Origin: a virus
Taxonomy: Duplodnaviria; Caudoviricetes
IMG/VR virus record: IMGVR_UViG_3300027804_000038
Location: 128,001 to 192,000 of that record
DNA length: 64,000 nucleotides
Reading direction: 5' to 3' (one strand)
Numbering within the stretch: position 1 is the stretch's first letter; every line of letters starts with the position of its first letter. Below are positions 27,501 to 37,894 of this stretch, in pieces. Below the pieces are notes generated by a model. That model was not told the origin of the DNA. It saw nothing but the letters and a program-made list of their open reading frames with translations, and ran no database searches. A program made the translations under genes and the position numbers.

Positions 27501-30171
27501 TGGTAGTAATTTAGATGCGTTATCGTATAATACATTTACTGGCTCAACAACAAGAAAGTTATTAATATTACAAAGAGGAGTTGATGTACATTCTCCACCA
27601 ATATCTCAAAAAATTGATTTGTCTAGATTATATGGATATCCAAATTACGGGGCACAAAATAATCAGTTTGTAATTGAGGGTAATTTTAGAATGAATATAC
27701 CAATACAGGACGGGTCACCTCAAAATGTGTCTGGATTAAAACTACCAAGACACAATCAAATACTAACAAATTCTGATGATAGTGAGGGTATTGGTATTTT
27801 TTATGACAGTTATTTATTTAATTATTCAAATAACTTTAGTGCTTTTACAACCACACTACCTAATTATTATTCGGCTTTAGATATAAATGCTTATTGGAAT
27901 TCGGGTGTATGGAACCCTGGTTGTTCAGGACCCACAAATATGGTTGAACCAAGTTCTGAAAACACTGTTTCTCAGCAATATATGGTTATTGACATACATA
28001 ATGGTTTTGGTGTTAATTTTAGTAGATATAAAGCGACTAGTGATTCTGCGAGATGCACTAGGTGCTTTCCAATTAATGCTGGACCTATTGCCGATTGTTA
28101 TTTTAACGGTGACGAAATTGCTTCTTATGGTTGGTACCGAAATGTTGGTCAAATTGGTAGTGATTACATTTATAATTCAGAAACCAATAGGGTTTCAGGA
28201 TACTGGATTGATAGTAATAAAAAAGAATATGTTGAAGGTGGGTCGGCTATGGGATTTAGATGGAGTAATAGTTATCCTGGTGGCGCTAGATTATATAGTT
28301 CTGGATATCAGGGGGGATATCCTAATGCTACTTGGTGTGGTTATTCTAATAACAACGAATGTGATGGTGCAATAGCACATTCGTTAGGTAATGTTTTATA
28401 TTTATCTCCAGCATACGCCGCATTTCCTGAAGTACAAACTGGGCCTCAAGATTATGTAACACCTAATCATCAAATATCTGTAAACAATAGACATAAAATT
28501 GTTTTTAGAACAGATAGATTGCCGACTTCAACAACCCTAAGTACAAATGGTAATGGTAATGGATTTTTATTACATCAAAACCCAACCTTTGCAATATTTA
28601 AATTCGGTACAGGATGTACGTACGTTCAACAAGGTGGTGAACCAGCGAATCAAATTAATTCTGTTGATATTGATTATAATACTTTACCTGGAGGTGAAGA
28701 CGGGGCTATTGCTAATATATCACAGTCATTAAGTGAATGTAGTAAAGCTGTAGATTTAAATAGTTATGGTGTTGAAAATAATCAACCTGTTATTTATGAC
28801 CTTGACCCTTATAGTAAACAAAATAAATACTTATGGTTTAATAGAGGTGAAGGGTGTTACAATTTAGTTTCAAGACCTATATTATCATTATTTAGAAAAG
28901 ACATTCCTGGAGACCCTGATGGTAGAGGTTATAGCGATATCGCAATGGTGGTTGAATGGGTTCAAAGATTAAAACTTAATTTTGCACTTTGTTTTGACGT
29001 AATATCCCACACGTATTCTAATAATTGGATAAACGGTACATTATATGCGTACTCTTTCCAAAACACAACGTTTTTTGATAGTCAAAACCAACCATATAGG
29101 TTATATTGTAAAGATACTATTTATTTTAATGACTCAATAAATAATTACTTCTACAGGAGCAGTCCATATGATGGTATTAATTTTATAGGTAAAGAGGCTT
29201 TACCAAACTCAAGCCCATCATCAGTTTACGGTAATTTCAAAAATTTATTATACCCAACGACAATATTAGACATTGGGCCAAAAGTTGAATTTATACAAGA
29301 ATTAGTTAGTTCGGATGAATATGATGGATACATAATAAATCAGGTGCCATCAACATCATTTAAAAATGTTAGTGATATTCTTAATTTATTTGTTTTAAGT
29401 CGATTAATAAACACTACATTTATTCAAACATTAATTCCTTCTACTGCAGATGATGGTAATGAGGAAGGTGGTGACGACCCATCAGTCGGAGCATTTTTCG
29501 CAAACAAAAGATGGAAAAATGGGGCATTGTATTTTAACGGGTTAATACCTGGAGTGATTGATGCTGATTATAGTCAGTTAATATCTATTAATTCTGAATT
29601 TGGACTTACTGAGTATTCTAGTGAAAGTTATGATAACACTTCTGTTGTATTTTTAGAGGATGATTTAGGTAATAGTGTATTCGGACTTTTACTTACTGGG
29701 GACACCCAAGCTAGAGATTACGTATCTCCAAGAAGAACTATATGGAATCAAAACGCAGTTGTACCTGGAACTCAGGCTGATTTTACCTACATACCAACTA
29801 AAACCCAAGTAGTACCTTTTTATCAGTGGGAGATTAATTACCAAAATAACACACCGTCAATTTTTGGATATCAGTCTAATAATTATTTAACAAATACTGG
29901 AGCGTTTTTCTCATACAAGTACCAAGGATTAGATAGGTTTAATCCTTCTTCGGAGTACTTTGAACCTGATGGTAATTTAATACGTAATTTCAGAGGGTAT
30001 ATTGTTAATTTTGATACAAATGGTAACCCAACATATAACTACTCTCAGTCACCAAACAGTCCTGTAACTTTTGGTTCTCCGTTTAATTTCTATTTTGGAT
30101 TAAAAGTTGGGGGTAGTGCTATGGATAGATTTATAACTAAATATGTAAACACAAATGAAGTGATAATATGA
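24544..30171 (+). CDS. giant virion structural protein (1875 aa) with N-terminal transthyretin/carboxypeptidase-regulatory-like domain and an internal hydrophobic hairpin
   Basis: GVVCGRVFCNKGFGLPNAKVAIFIP and KTNDSGDFMIFGVPVGQH; a long apolar stretch at about aa 585-650. Preceded by TATTTATT; lies in the baseplate cluster. Confidence 0.6.
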   Translation: MSNSYRIRTEVGVDKYLQVKLEQDYDQLDILSFSIFPNDVYTRNCPDFGVVCGRVFCNKGFGLPNAKVAIFIPISDEDELNPIISTLYPYKSFEDLNEDGYKYNLLPYTKSHSGHVPVGTFPEREDVLLDSSVIEVYDKYYKFTVKTNDSGDFMIFGVPVGQHNLFMQIDLSDIGEFSLTPQDLIRIGRATESQVNGASFKFSENYSELPQIVTLQKIIQVAPFYGQPDICDYYIVRADFDLTTESSITLEPTAVFMGSLISTNDRKKIKRTCKTPAKAGWLCDLITGPGQIETIRQTVDSDVDGRPVLEDFRLENDGKIIDDNGTWVVEVPMNLEYVYTDEYGNRLVSNDPTVGVPTKGKYRFKIKWQQSPKLSEENKRGYFLVPNIKEYGWESSSNDPSNQSIASGSITLNHNSDPQELVFGAQFNDNAININNSQNVQSYEILVNDVVVPEYQTTIPICNLDSGDIVKIRYTLTDTSVDGELFVTILTESQWLQQCSYAYSLSWEDYGNDLMVNEAINCEDRFFELQYNKVYTVSQLLDRVTRQKFPYAPQKSIQIKHITDSKCEGDYNPFPTNDAYFRYDFIYLALTLILTILKFVLVPLVVIVHVLAFLWPIFAIIIIVISVIANIVIAICNGINSVAGLLGLSFDCPSPIPIDSEIFSNNPFKNIKLPLFLYTEDGCERCRCNIDGVDVSDNAYSDSLSQWTAQNSLQNTSNLIDFTSLNSYGNVNYIQSVLLAGSNDPDRPCIDRVPYYNNNSATYYISSSLPIAERLNLFNTKAKYFDNTNSNLSPGNTGWNQIKVTWFPEANGNLNHFDNTLVLLIETTGFSRGDIISFQNPAMSNDINANNITGATSIPETITVRYANPVFGLGESQVTYAMPWYSEEQRELTRTTCFKADIEYFQVLDIVDFDTYKSNANPLSNNDNRFSLPWRFLDSSHIFNGDVGVNGTSSWGFDNSMAYFTESTENANAAIEACRYGVFHKYGSNLDALSYNTFTGSTTRKLLILQRGVDVHSPPISQKIDLSRLYGYPNYGAQNNQFVIEGNFRMNIPIQDGSPQNVSGLKLPRHNQILTNSDDSEGIGIFYDSYLFNYSNNFSAFTTTLPNYYSALDINAYWNSGVWNPGCSGPTNMVEPSSENTVSQQYMVIDIHNGFGVNFSRYKATSDSARCTRCFPINAGPIADCYFNGDEIASYGWYRNVGQIGSDYIYNSETNRVSGYWIDSNKKEYVEGGSAMGFRWSNSYPGGARLYSSGYQGGYPNATWCGYSNNNECDGAIAHSLGNVLYLSPAYAAFPEVQTGPQDYVTPNHQISVNNRHKIVFRTDRLPTSTTLSTNGNGNGFLLHQNPTFAIFKFGTGCTYVQQGGEPANQINSVDIDYNTLPGGEDGAIANISQSLSECSKAVDLNSYGVENNQPVIYDLDPYSKQNKYLWFNRGEGCYNLVSRPILSLFRKDIPGDPDGRGYSDIAMVVEWVQRLKLNFALCFDVISHTYSNNWINGTLYAYSFQNTTFFDSQNQPYRLYCKDTIYFNDSINNYFYRSSPYDGINFIGKEALPNSSPSSVYGNFKNLLYPTTILDIGPKVEFIQELVSSDEYDGYIINQVPSTSFKNVSDILNLFVLSRLINTTFIQTLIPSTADDGNEEGGDDPSVGAFFANKRWKNGALYFNGLIPGVIDADYSQLISINSEFGLTEYSSESYDNTSVVFLEDDLGNSVFGLLLTGDTQARDYVSPRRTIWNQNAVVPGTQADFTYIPTKTQVVPFYQWEINYQNNTPSIFGYQSNNYLTNTGAFFSYKYQGLDRFNPSSEYFEPDGNLIRNFRGYIVNFDTNGNPTYNYSQSPNSPVTFGSPFNFYFGLKVGGSAMDRFITKYVNTNEVII

Positions 30172-31943
30172 GCGATTTAGGTAGTATAAATTTTGTAAAA
30201 GGTAGTTTAAGGTATAAAGGTGCCGTTGAGGAAGGTATTGATTTAACAATACCGCTAAGTGGTAAAATAAAAGAATTAGATGAATTTGAAAGAAATATAT
30301 CGGCTAGTTTAGGTGAGGTTTATAATATGGAAAGACAAAAGTCTACCTTATTTGTACCGACATGTAAATTCCAAGTTATTTTTTCAAATTCATATACAGG
30401 ACTAACACAAACACCTTTTAATCCTTATCCTCCATTTAATAATAATTTATATTATTTTGATGAGTTAAATTATAAACAGTTACAATTATTACAACCAAAC
30501 ACAATTGCTTGGGCGGGTTACCCACAGTATAATGAATTTAATTTTATCAGAACTGATTATAATATAGAAGGATACACTGCCCCACCACAATATCATGTTT
30601 ATTCTGAACCCATGGAGGCGACAAGATATAATTGGTATTTTTATTTAACATATACCAATTCAAGTGACGACAGTAGATTTTTACAATATGAGTTTTCTGA
30701 TGGACAAATTATTAATTGGCAACCAAAGAATGGAATACCGTACCAAATGACTCAAACAACATTCAACGGTAAAAATGTTTGGAAGTTTAAATGTCCAGTA
30801 AACCATAATTTAAAAGTTGGTGAATACGTTGAGTTAGATTTTGATATACAGGGAGTGGTAAGATTCCAAGTGTATACCTTAGGCGACGAGATTTATGGTT
30901 CAGAAGATAAGATTTTTAATATTTTAGATGTTGGTTTTCCTACATCACCTTCACCAGGATTTGGATTAAATAACATTGGTCAATTTAAAAGAATTGTTAA
31001 TAATGATAATCCAATTGAAAGTAAATCAGAATATTATGTTAGAAAACACAAAGTATTAACTAATTACACAGGTTCGGTTGTTACTAATTCAGGGTTTGAA
31101 CAAAACGCATTTAGAACCACCAAAAAATACGAATCAAAAGAATTAACACCTAATTTTTTAGCAAGAACTTCTATAAAAGAGGGTTCACAGTCCTATAATA
31201 TATCATTTCAAGAAACACTTAATATAAATGGATTATATGATAATAAAAATAGACCTATAAGTGAATTATTTGTAACTGTAGTTAATAGAGGTTATTTTGG
31301 ATATTTTAATAAACCATTCCCGACAGGTACAGGTAACGCATTAAAAGAAGGATGGGCATTTAATATTTCATCTGAAACAACAAATTGGTGGAACCGAAAT
31401 AATATAAATTCTGAAGTCAATTTGGGTACAAATTATTTTAGCCCAATAATACCTGGATACCAAAATAGATTTTTTTGGTCAAATGATTCTTATGAAATAG
31501 GTGATGAGATTTATGGTGACTTATGTGAGTGGAATAATATTACACAACAAGAAACAGTAATATCTAAATACTACCAAAAATTCACATATAATCCTGACAA
31601 TTTTAATATTGGTGGTAGTATAGATAACCCATTAGGGTATTATTATAATCCTCATTATAATATTAAAATTAAAGATTTTTCTGACTATATAGAAGAAAGC
31701 TCTACAATAAACGTTGTAGACATCCCAAACTATGCGTATTACTCACAATATGAAAATAGATTTATATGGAGAGATATGTATTCTTATGGTTTTATTGATT
31801 CTGACGGTAATGGTGTTGATTATCCATTTATGAATAACAAACACTATCCTTATGAAAATTTTATTTTTAGGATAATACCTGAAGGCTCAAATATTACACA
31901 AATAAGCACAATAGAAATACCTATAATAGATGATTGTGAATAA
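30168..31943 (+). CDS. virion structural protein (591 aa), baseplate/tail cluster
   Basis: ATGA overlap with the upstream gene; beta-rich aromatic composition; no specific family recognised. Confidence 0.55.
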   Translation: MSDLGSINFVKGSLRYKGAVEEGIDLTIPLSGKIKELDEFERNISASLGEVYNMERQKSTLFVPTCKFQVIFSNSYTGLTQTPFNPYPPFNNNLYYFDELNYKQLQLLQPNTIAWAGYPQYNEFNFIRTDYNIEGYTAPPQYHVYSEPMEATRYNWYFYLTYTNSSDDSRFLQYEFSDGQIINWQPKNGIPYQMTQTTFNGKNVWKFKCPVNHNLKVGEYVELDFDIQGVVRFQVYTLGDEIYGSEDKIFNILDVGFPTSPSPGFGLNNIGQFKRIVNNDNPIESKSEYYVRKHKVLTNYTGSVVTNSGFEQNAFRTTKKYESKELTPNFLARTSIKEGSQSYNISFQETLNINGLYDNKNRPISELFVTVVNRGYFGYFNKPFPTGTGNALKEGWAFNISSETTNWWNRNNINSEVNLGTNYFSPIIPGYQNRFFWSNDSYEIGDEIYGDLCEWNNITQQETVISKYYQKFTYNPDNFNIGGSIDNPLGYYYNPHYNIKIKDFSDYIEESSTINVVDIPNYAYYSQYENRFIWRDMYSYGFIDSDGNGVDYPFMNNKHYPYENFIFRIIPEGSNITQISTIEIPIIDDCE

Positions 31944-32934
31944 AATAAAATTAACCCCATCATTTAATGATAGAACTGTCCAAATTCCTATTGGTCAAAA
32001 TTGGGATTTATTAAATCGCTCAGATACGATTGATTCGTACGAAACGACAGTATTAGAAGAAGTAATTGGATTACCTATTAATTATGAGTTAGATAGGTTC
32101 TCAAGAGATTTAAATGGTGGAAAAACGCAACAAATATATACTTTTTATTTTAAAAAACCAAATACTGATGTGTGGGAAAATAGTTTCACATACAGTGAAA
32201 GGTTTACATTAAATGAAGTTAGAAAAAAAGTTAATTCATTTAAGAATTCTTTTTTTAAGTTGGACTTATATGATACCATGGACCCTAAGAAACAAAAAAT
32301 TTATTTATCAATAATTATTAGGCCAACTAATGGTAATGTTATAAGTAGAGATTGTATTGAGTATTTGTTCAATCCAAAATTTGATGGGGAATTAAGATAT
32401 AAGGATTGTTGTGATGTTTCAAATATTATTAATGTAACTAGCGAAAATCCTGTACCAATATGTAGCTTAGCGGGTACATCTGCTTATTTTATAACTAACA
32501 CCGCTGGTTATCCTGTAAATTTCGCAAATAGTAATCCTGGGGTGTATACATCTACCGCATCTCAGTCATGTGACTGTAACGACCCTAATTCTAGTTTTGA
32601 GGCGGATGATTCTATAGTACCGATATTCACGTTAGACCACGTTGGTAACCAAGAAGGGTATTATATATATTGGTTTCAAGACAAAGATTTAATAGATGTT
32701 GATTACTTGTATATGACATCTAAATTTTTTGATGCGAAAGACGGTACATATACAAAATTTACAACAAAATCACAAAATAATTTTTCTGACCCATATCAGA
32801 TACCTAATGAATATTTTTATTACAGAGTTAAATTTGATTATGGAGATAAAGTATATAGAATTTTAGATGCAATAAATGATATTGACTTATCAAACGTAAG
32901 TTGGTTCGAATATGAAAACCCTCCTTTAGTATAA
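31930..32934 (+). CDS. virion structural protein (334 aa)
   Basis: Overlapping, co-oriented ORF in the tail cluster. Confidence 0.55.
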   Translation: MIVNKIKLTPSFNDRTVQIPIGQNWDLLNRSDTIDSYETTVLEEVIGLPINYELDRFSRDLNGGKTQQIYTFYFKKPNTDVWENSFTYSERFTLNEVRKKVNSFKNSFFKLDLYDTMDPKKQKIYLSIIIRPTNGNVISRDCIEYLFNPKFDGELRYKDCCDVSNIINVTSENPVPICSLAGTSAYFITNTAGYPVNFANSNPGVYTSTASQSCDCNDPNSSFEADDSIVPIFTLDHVGNQEGYYIYWFQDKDLIDVDYLYMTSKFFDAKDGTYTKFTTKSQNNFSDPYQIPNEYFYYRVKFDYGDKVYRILDAINDIDLSNVSWFEYENPPLV

Positions 32935-32935
32935 T

Positions 32936-34024
32936 ATGGAAATTTTTAAAATTAAAATATCGCCAGAAGTTTTAAAGTATGATATTGAAACTATCACAAG
33001 TAGTGGATTTACATTTGGATATTACCCAAGTCTACCTAATATTTTATCTGGAGGTACTAATGGTCAGTCATTATTAACAGATTTGTCAATTCCTATATTA
33101 CTTAAAAGTGATTATAATGATATTGGATATTATTCTGTGTTTGATGGTGATTTATCACAATGTATAGAAGATGTTAATTTTATATTTTCAGGTAATACAC
33201 TATCACCATATCAAATTTGTATATATAATACATCTAATAATCTTGCTAATTACTTACAAGAAACAACTTATTTTGTAAATTGGGGTGACGGTAATATCGA
33301 ACAAGTTACAAATTTTATACCTGAGTCTGTTTGTCATTTATATTCTAATGTTGATACGGATGTTACTTATACTATTTCATTTACAGGAAGTAACAATATT
33401 GGTAACTTCATTATTGAAAAGGATATAAAGATACCATATACTATTGACCCTATAACTAATCCATACGGTACGGTAACATTCCAAGTAAACCAAGGTTCGT
33501 GGTCGACAATCCCAACATCACAAAATTATATTTTTACTGGTGATAGTGAAACAAGTGTAAATTCACAAATTAGCTCAAACTATGTTAGTACTCCTTTTGT
33601 TGTGTCTGGTTTCACCCAATCAAGATTAAACGAATTAGAAACCTACGGAGCGTCACCATATATAAATGATTTAATAATTCAAATTGAAGATGGAGGTACG
33701 GGTTATGTAATGTCACAAAGTCCAGAATATACTTCATATACAATAAATGATTTAGTATACTTTGACTATTCAGGAGGTACTACTGCATTTATTTGTTATT
33801 CGTCAGGTATTACAACAGATATGATTGTTTCTTCGGCGATGACAAAATTTGAGTATTTAATGAACATAATTGACCAACCAGAAATACAAACAAATGTATT
33901 TATTGAAAGAGGTAAAAACTCAGGATTAGAAAATTTTAGGAGAATTGGTGAAGTAAGAGGTATGGAACAATTAGTAACATATGGATACAAATTTTTTAAT
34001 GTTGTGAATTACAATGAAATATAA
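32936..34024 (+). CDS. virion structural protein (362 aa) with PKD-like segment
   Basis: YFVNWGDG...HLYS...YTISFTG PKD-type motif. Confidence 0.55.
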   Translation: MEIFKIKISPEVLKYDIETITSSGFTFGYYPSLPNILSGGTNGQSLLTDLSIPILLKSDYNDIGYYSVFDGDLSQCIEDVNFIFSGNTLSPYQICIYNTSNNLANYLQETTYFVNWGDGNIEQVTNFIPESVCHLYSNVDTDVTYTISFTGSNNIGNFIIEKDIKIPYTIDPITNPYGTVTFQVNQGSWSTIPTSQNYIFTGDSETSVNSQISSNYVSTPFVVSGFTQSRLNELETYGASPYINDLIIQIEDGGTGYVMSQSPEYTSYTINDLVYFDYSGGTTAFICYSSGITTDMIVSSAMTKFEYLMNIIDQPEIQTNVFIERGKNSGLENFRRIGEVRGMEQLVTYGYKFFNVVNYNEI

Positions 34025-34043
34025 ACTTTAAATTTTTTTTAAA

Positions 34044-34949
34044 TTGGCTACAGGAAATTACGGAATAGTTAGACCATCAGACGTTAGTCCTGAGGATGTT
34101 GAGATTATTCTACACTATACACCCTCAAGAGATGATACTACAAATTTTACGTTAACAAAATTAGATTCTCTTCAATACTTAACACCATACTACAACAACA
34201 GTAGTACTGGCGGTAATAATAATGAACTACTTGGAGGACTGTATAATCTTAGATTACCTGCAGATGAATTTAATGCTTTAGGAATTTATACTTTATATTT
34301 TAGACCTTCACAAATAAGAACAAAAATAAATGATTGCGGTGTTCTATCGTCTTCACCGAATGTTAAAGGTATAATTATAAATCTACAAGACGTACCTACT
34401 GAATATAGAAATAAATTTGTCAATCAAGGACTTGTTGGATTTAGAGTGGAGTATTTAAATTCTGATGGAACTAAAATACCTAATTTTTTTAGAATAGTGA
34501 CTTCTTGTTTTTATTGTGAACCAGTTACCCAAAATTTAACAAATACTATACAAAAAGCGGTAAGGTATCGATACACAGATGGTACTAGTGATTTACTATT
34601 TTGTACATTGTCACCATCGGCATCACCAACAGTAAAACCAAATGCGACTCCATATATTGGGGTACCAAATCAAAATATTGTTTTTACAAATACTTTTTTT
34701 AACCCAACAGTGGTTGAAGTTGAGATTGTCGAACATGACTCCTCAACTATTGCAATTGCATTATATGGTAATCAAACGAAATCAATTGATGATGGAATTT
34801 ATACTATATACGATAGCGATAATAATATATATAAACAATATAATCTTTATGAAATCCGAGACCAATTCAACGAACTTCTTTATGAAGTTAGACAAGACAG
34901 AGGGGATGATATTGATAACACTAAGAACTTTGAAAATATAATTTCATAA
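34044..34949 (+). CDS. virion structural protein (301 aa), TTG start
   Basis: Long ORF in the tail cluster, TAATG-coupled to the next gene. Confidence 0.55.
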   Translation: MATGNYGIVRPSDVSPEDVEIILHYTPSRDDTTNFTLTKLDSLQYLTPYYNNSSTGGNNNELLGGLYNLRLPADEFNALGIYTLYFRPSQIRTKINDCGVLSSSPNVKGIIINLQDVPTEYRNKFVNQGLVGFRVEYLNSDGTKIPNFFRIVTSCFYCEPVTQNLTNTIQKAVRYRYTDGTSDLLFCTLSPSASPTVKPNATPYIGVPNQNIVFTNTFFNPTVVEVEIVEHDSSTIAIALYGNQTKSIDDGIYTIYDSDNNIYKQYNLYEIRDQFNELLYEVRQDRGDDIDNTKNFENIIS

Positions 34950-37891
34950 TGGCTAAATACGCTTGTCCACCACAAAAACCTAGCGGTGCTGGTTCTTTCT
35001 CAGACAACCTTGTTGGTTTACAAATCGTACAAGGTGGAGGACTTACGCAAGGTAATTTCCAATTTACAACAAGTGTAGTTGAAAAAGTTAATAGGACATT
35101 TGATATTGGTGTATTTTCAGAACCAATATCACTTTCTGATTTAGATATAACTTCAATTGACCAAGCCCAACAAATTTATAATGCTAATTTTAAAGTATAC
35201 CCAAATTTTGACGAAACAAATATTTTAAACTTTGTCGCATACGGGCCATTAACTAATAGATTTTCAGCCGCGGTAACTAATATAGTTAATTTTTACCCTG
35301 CGGCTTTAGAGGTTGATAAAATGAGGTTAAATTTAACAACAGGGTCAACCGCTTTTAATATAACCTATGATAGTTTAGAAAATCTCACAAGTTTAGATAT
35401 TTCTGTTGCATCTATTAAGAATCCTTTTTCTATAGATTTTACTACAAATGCAACTCAAAATATAAATAACTTAGAATTTGAAGTTTCAAAGTATAGAAAT
35501 TTAACTAGTGAATTTGTTAATTATATTTTACAGGTAAATAATAATTCATACGAATTATTTGATATTACACCTACAACATCAATAAGTGCTGGTACACTAT
35601 CAATAATAGTTGTTGGTGACCCATTTAGTGGACAATCAGTATCCTACGATTCTTTAGTTATAAGACCAAATGATACAATAGTTAATGAGGTTTTTAATTT
35701 AGAATTAGATGAGGTAGAAGAATTACTTTTAAACCGATATATTACACCAAGATATACCGCGAAATTCCAAGTACCTACCGAAGGTGATGATGGAACAATA
35801 TTCATTAAATTTCAAAGCGTAACATGGAATTTAGACGGACAATGGAATATTGATATAAGAACTTCCGCCTTTCAAGATTATATTGAAACTTTAAATTTAA
35901 TAGGGGAAGATTTTGATACATTTAGGACCGATTTAGTTTCAAGATTTTATACGACAGACGCATTTAAAGAGTTTGATACTAGCGACAATAAAGTTGCAAA
36001 AGTATTGAAAATTTATGGACGTAGTTTTGACGAGACTAAAAAATATATCGATGCCATAACTCACATGACATCAATAAATTATAATGTTGGTAATGATGTA
36101 CCGTCAAAATTACTGGTTAACATTGCTCAAACATTAGGATGGTCAACAAATATATCCCCAATACAGAACAGTGGATTTATTACTTCTTTATATGGACAAA
36201 CACAAAATGAGTTTCCAGGATATTCGGACAGTAAAACATTAGAAGAATTACAATATCAGTATTATAGAAATTTAATAATGAATTCAGGTTATCTTTTTAG
36301 GTCTAAAGGAACTAGAAAGTCTATAGAATTTTTATTAAATTTTATAGGGGCACCAGAGGCACTAATTGAGTTTAATGAAAATGTTTATTTAGCGGATGGT
36401 CCTATATCTATTGAACAATTTGATGAATTATATATAACGATTACTGGAGGGACCTACGCCCCAACATTACCACAGTTAGATTCAAATAACACATATAGAT
36501 TTAATGGAGTAACCTATTCGGCATTTACTTCTTCAACATCAATAATTGATATATCAACAACCATCAATGATTTCCCAATAGACGATAATGGATATCCATC
36601 GTCACCACAAGATACTGATAATATGTTTTTCCAAAAAGGAGAAGGGTGGTTTGAATCAACACCACAACATAGAAGTCCTGAAATAGTTGACAACACTAAT
36701 AGTGTTTTTACTGGACAAAACTTCAATGTTCAAACATCATTAGAACCTTTTACATATGGTGAAAAATATTTAGATATTTATAGAAATTTTCCATATTTAG
36801 GTATTGGATTTGAAATTCTTAAAACAAATGACAATAAAAAATCTTGGTCAAATTCTGATAGTGAATTTAGAAAATCTTTAAATGCTGGGTATAATTCATT
36901 ATACGAAGTTAGTGATGATAAACTTGTTATAAACGTTAAGAATATCGATTTATTTTTAAATCCTGCACAAGCATTGGCTTATGATGTGTGGTACCTATCA
37001 AATACAAAAAGTTACCCAATACCAAGTACAGGACTATCATCACCATATCCACAAACAGGAGGTACTGATTGGACATTTATCAATCCTAAACCACAAAATA
37101 AAACTTTCTATGAGTTTTATAGAACATTTTGGAGTAATATGATAAATGTTAGAAATAGACAATTTTCTTCAGATGGAAAAACTAGCGGATACCCAACACT
37201 ACAGTCTATTTTTTGGAAATATCTAACAATGTACCAAGACGTTGGAATTGAAAATAATAACTTCAATTATCAAAATATGATAAACTACATTGAAGGAATA
37301 GGTGATTATTGGATAAGACTTGTCGAACAATTTATTCCCGCAACTACTATATGGAATACAGGAACTAAATTAGAGAATTCAATTTTCCACAGACAAAAAT
37401 TTATTTACAGACCACAAAGAGGTTGTTTTACAATAGAAGAAGAAATCTCAGGACCACAGGTCGGAGGAGGATATAATAACAATGATTGTAGTGAAACTCA
37501 ATTCATTGTTGACATGGAATATGATTTAAACAACATCCAAACTCAGTACAATTTATCTAAACTTGCTTTAGATTGTGACCCTAGCACAACAACTATAGTT
37601 AGTATGCAATATGGTTTTGATATTGTGATTACAAATTATGACGGAACTTCAAATACTTTATCTTATATTGACCCAGTTGTATTTTTAGCGGGTTCATTAG
37701 ATATTACTGAGACTCAGTGGTATGATTTTATTGCTCAAGGAATGTCGTATATTTTCTTAGAACTCGCTCAATTAGGTATTGGATATACTAAAAATGGTTA
37801 TAATTTAATATTTACATCTGAAAATTGTGAAGTAATAGATAGTATTGAATTAGAATTAAAATTCATAAATGTTCAATTAACATGTATCTAA
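34949..37891 (+). CDS. baseplate wedge protein with P2 gpI / T4 gp7-like segment (980 aa)
   Basis: VPSKLLVNIAQTLGW...YYRNLIMNSGYLFRSKGTRKSIEFLLNFIG resembles the tail-protein-I motif. Confidence 0.6.
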   Translation: MAKYACPPQKPSGAGSFSDNLVGLQIVQGGGLTQGNFQFTTSVVEKVNRTFDIGVFSEPISLSDLDITSIDQAQQIYNANFKVYPNFDETNILNFVAYGPLTNRFSAAVTNIVNFYPAALEVDKMRLNLTTGSTAFNITYDSLENLTSLDISVASIKNPFSIDFTTNATQNINNLEFEVSKYRNLTSEFVNYILQVNNNSYELFDITPTTSISAGTLSIIVVGDPFSGQSVSYDSLVIRPNDTIVNEVFNLELDEVEELLLNRYITPRYTAKFQVPTEGDDGTIFIKFQSVTWNLDGQWNIDIRTSAFQDYIETLNLIGEDFDTFRTDLVSRFYTTDAFKEFDTSDNKVAKVLKIYGRSFDETKKYIDAITHMTSINYNVGNDVPSKLLVNIAQTLGWSTNISPIQNSGFITSLYGQTQNEFPGYSDSKTLEELQYQYYRNLIMNSGYLFRSKGTRKSIEFLLNFIGAPEALIEFNENVYLADGPISIEQFDELYITITGGTYAPTLPQLDSNNTYRFNGVTYSAFTSSTSIIDISTTINDFPIDDNGYPSSPQDTDNMFFQKGEGWFESTPQHRSPEIVDNTNSVFTGQNFNVQTSLEPFTYGEKYLDIYRNFPYLGIGFEILKTNDNKKSWSNSDSEFRKSLNAGYNSLYEVSDDKLVINVKNIDLFLNPAQALAYDVWYLSNTKSYPIPSTGLSSPYPQTGGTDWTFINPKPQNKTFYEFYRTFWSNMINVRNRQFSSDGKTSGYPTLQSIFWKYLTMYQDVGIENNNFNYQNMINYIEGIGDYWIRLVEQFIPATTIWNTGTKLENSIFHRQKFIYRPQRGCFTIEEEISGPQVGGGYNNNDCSETQFIVDMEYDLNNIQTQYNLSKLALDCDPSTTTIVSMQYGFDIVITNYDGTSNTLSYIDPVVFLAGSLDITETQWYDFIAQGMSYIFLELAQLGIGYTKNGYNLIFTSENCEVIDSIELELKFINVQLTCI

Positions 37892-37894
37892 TAG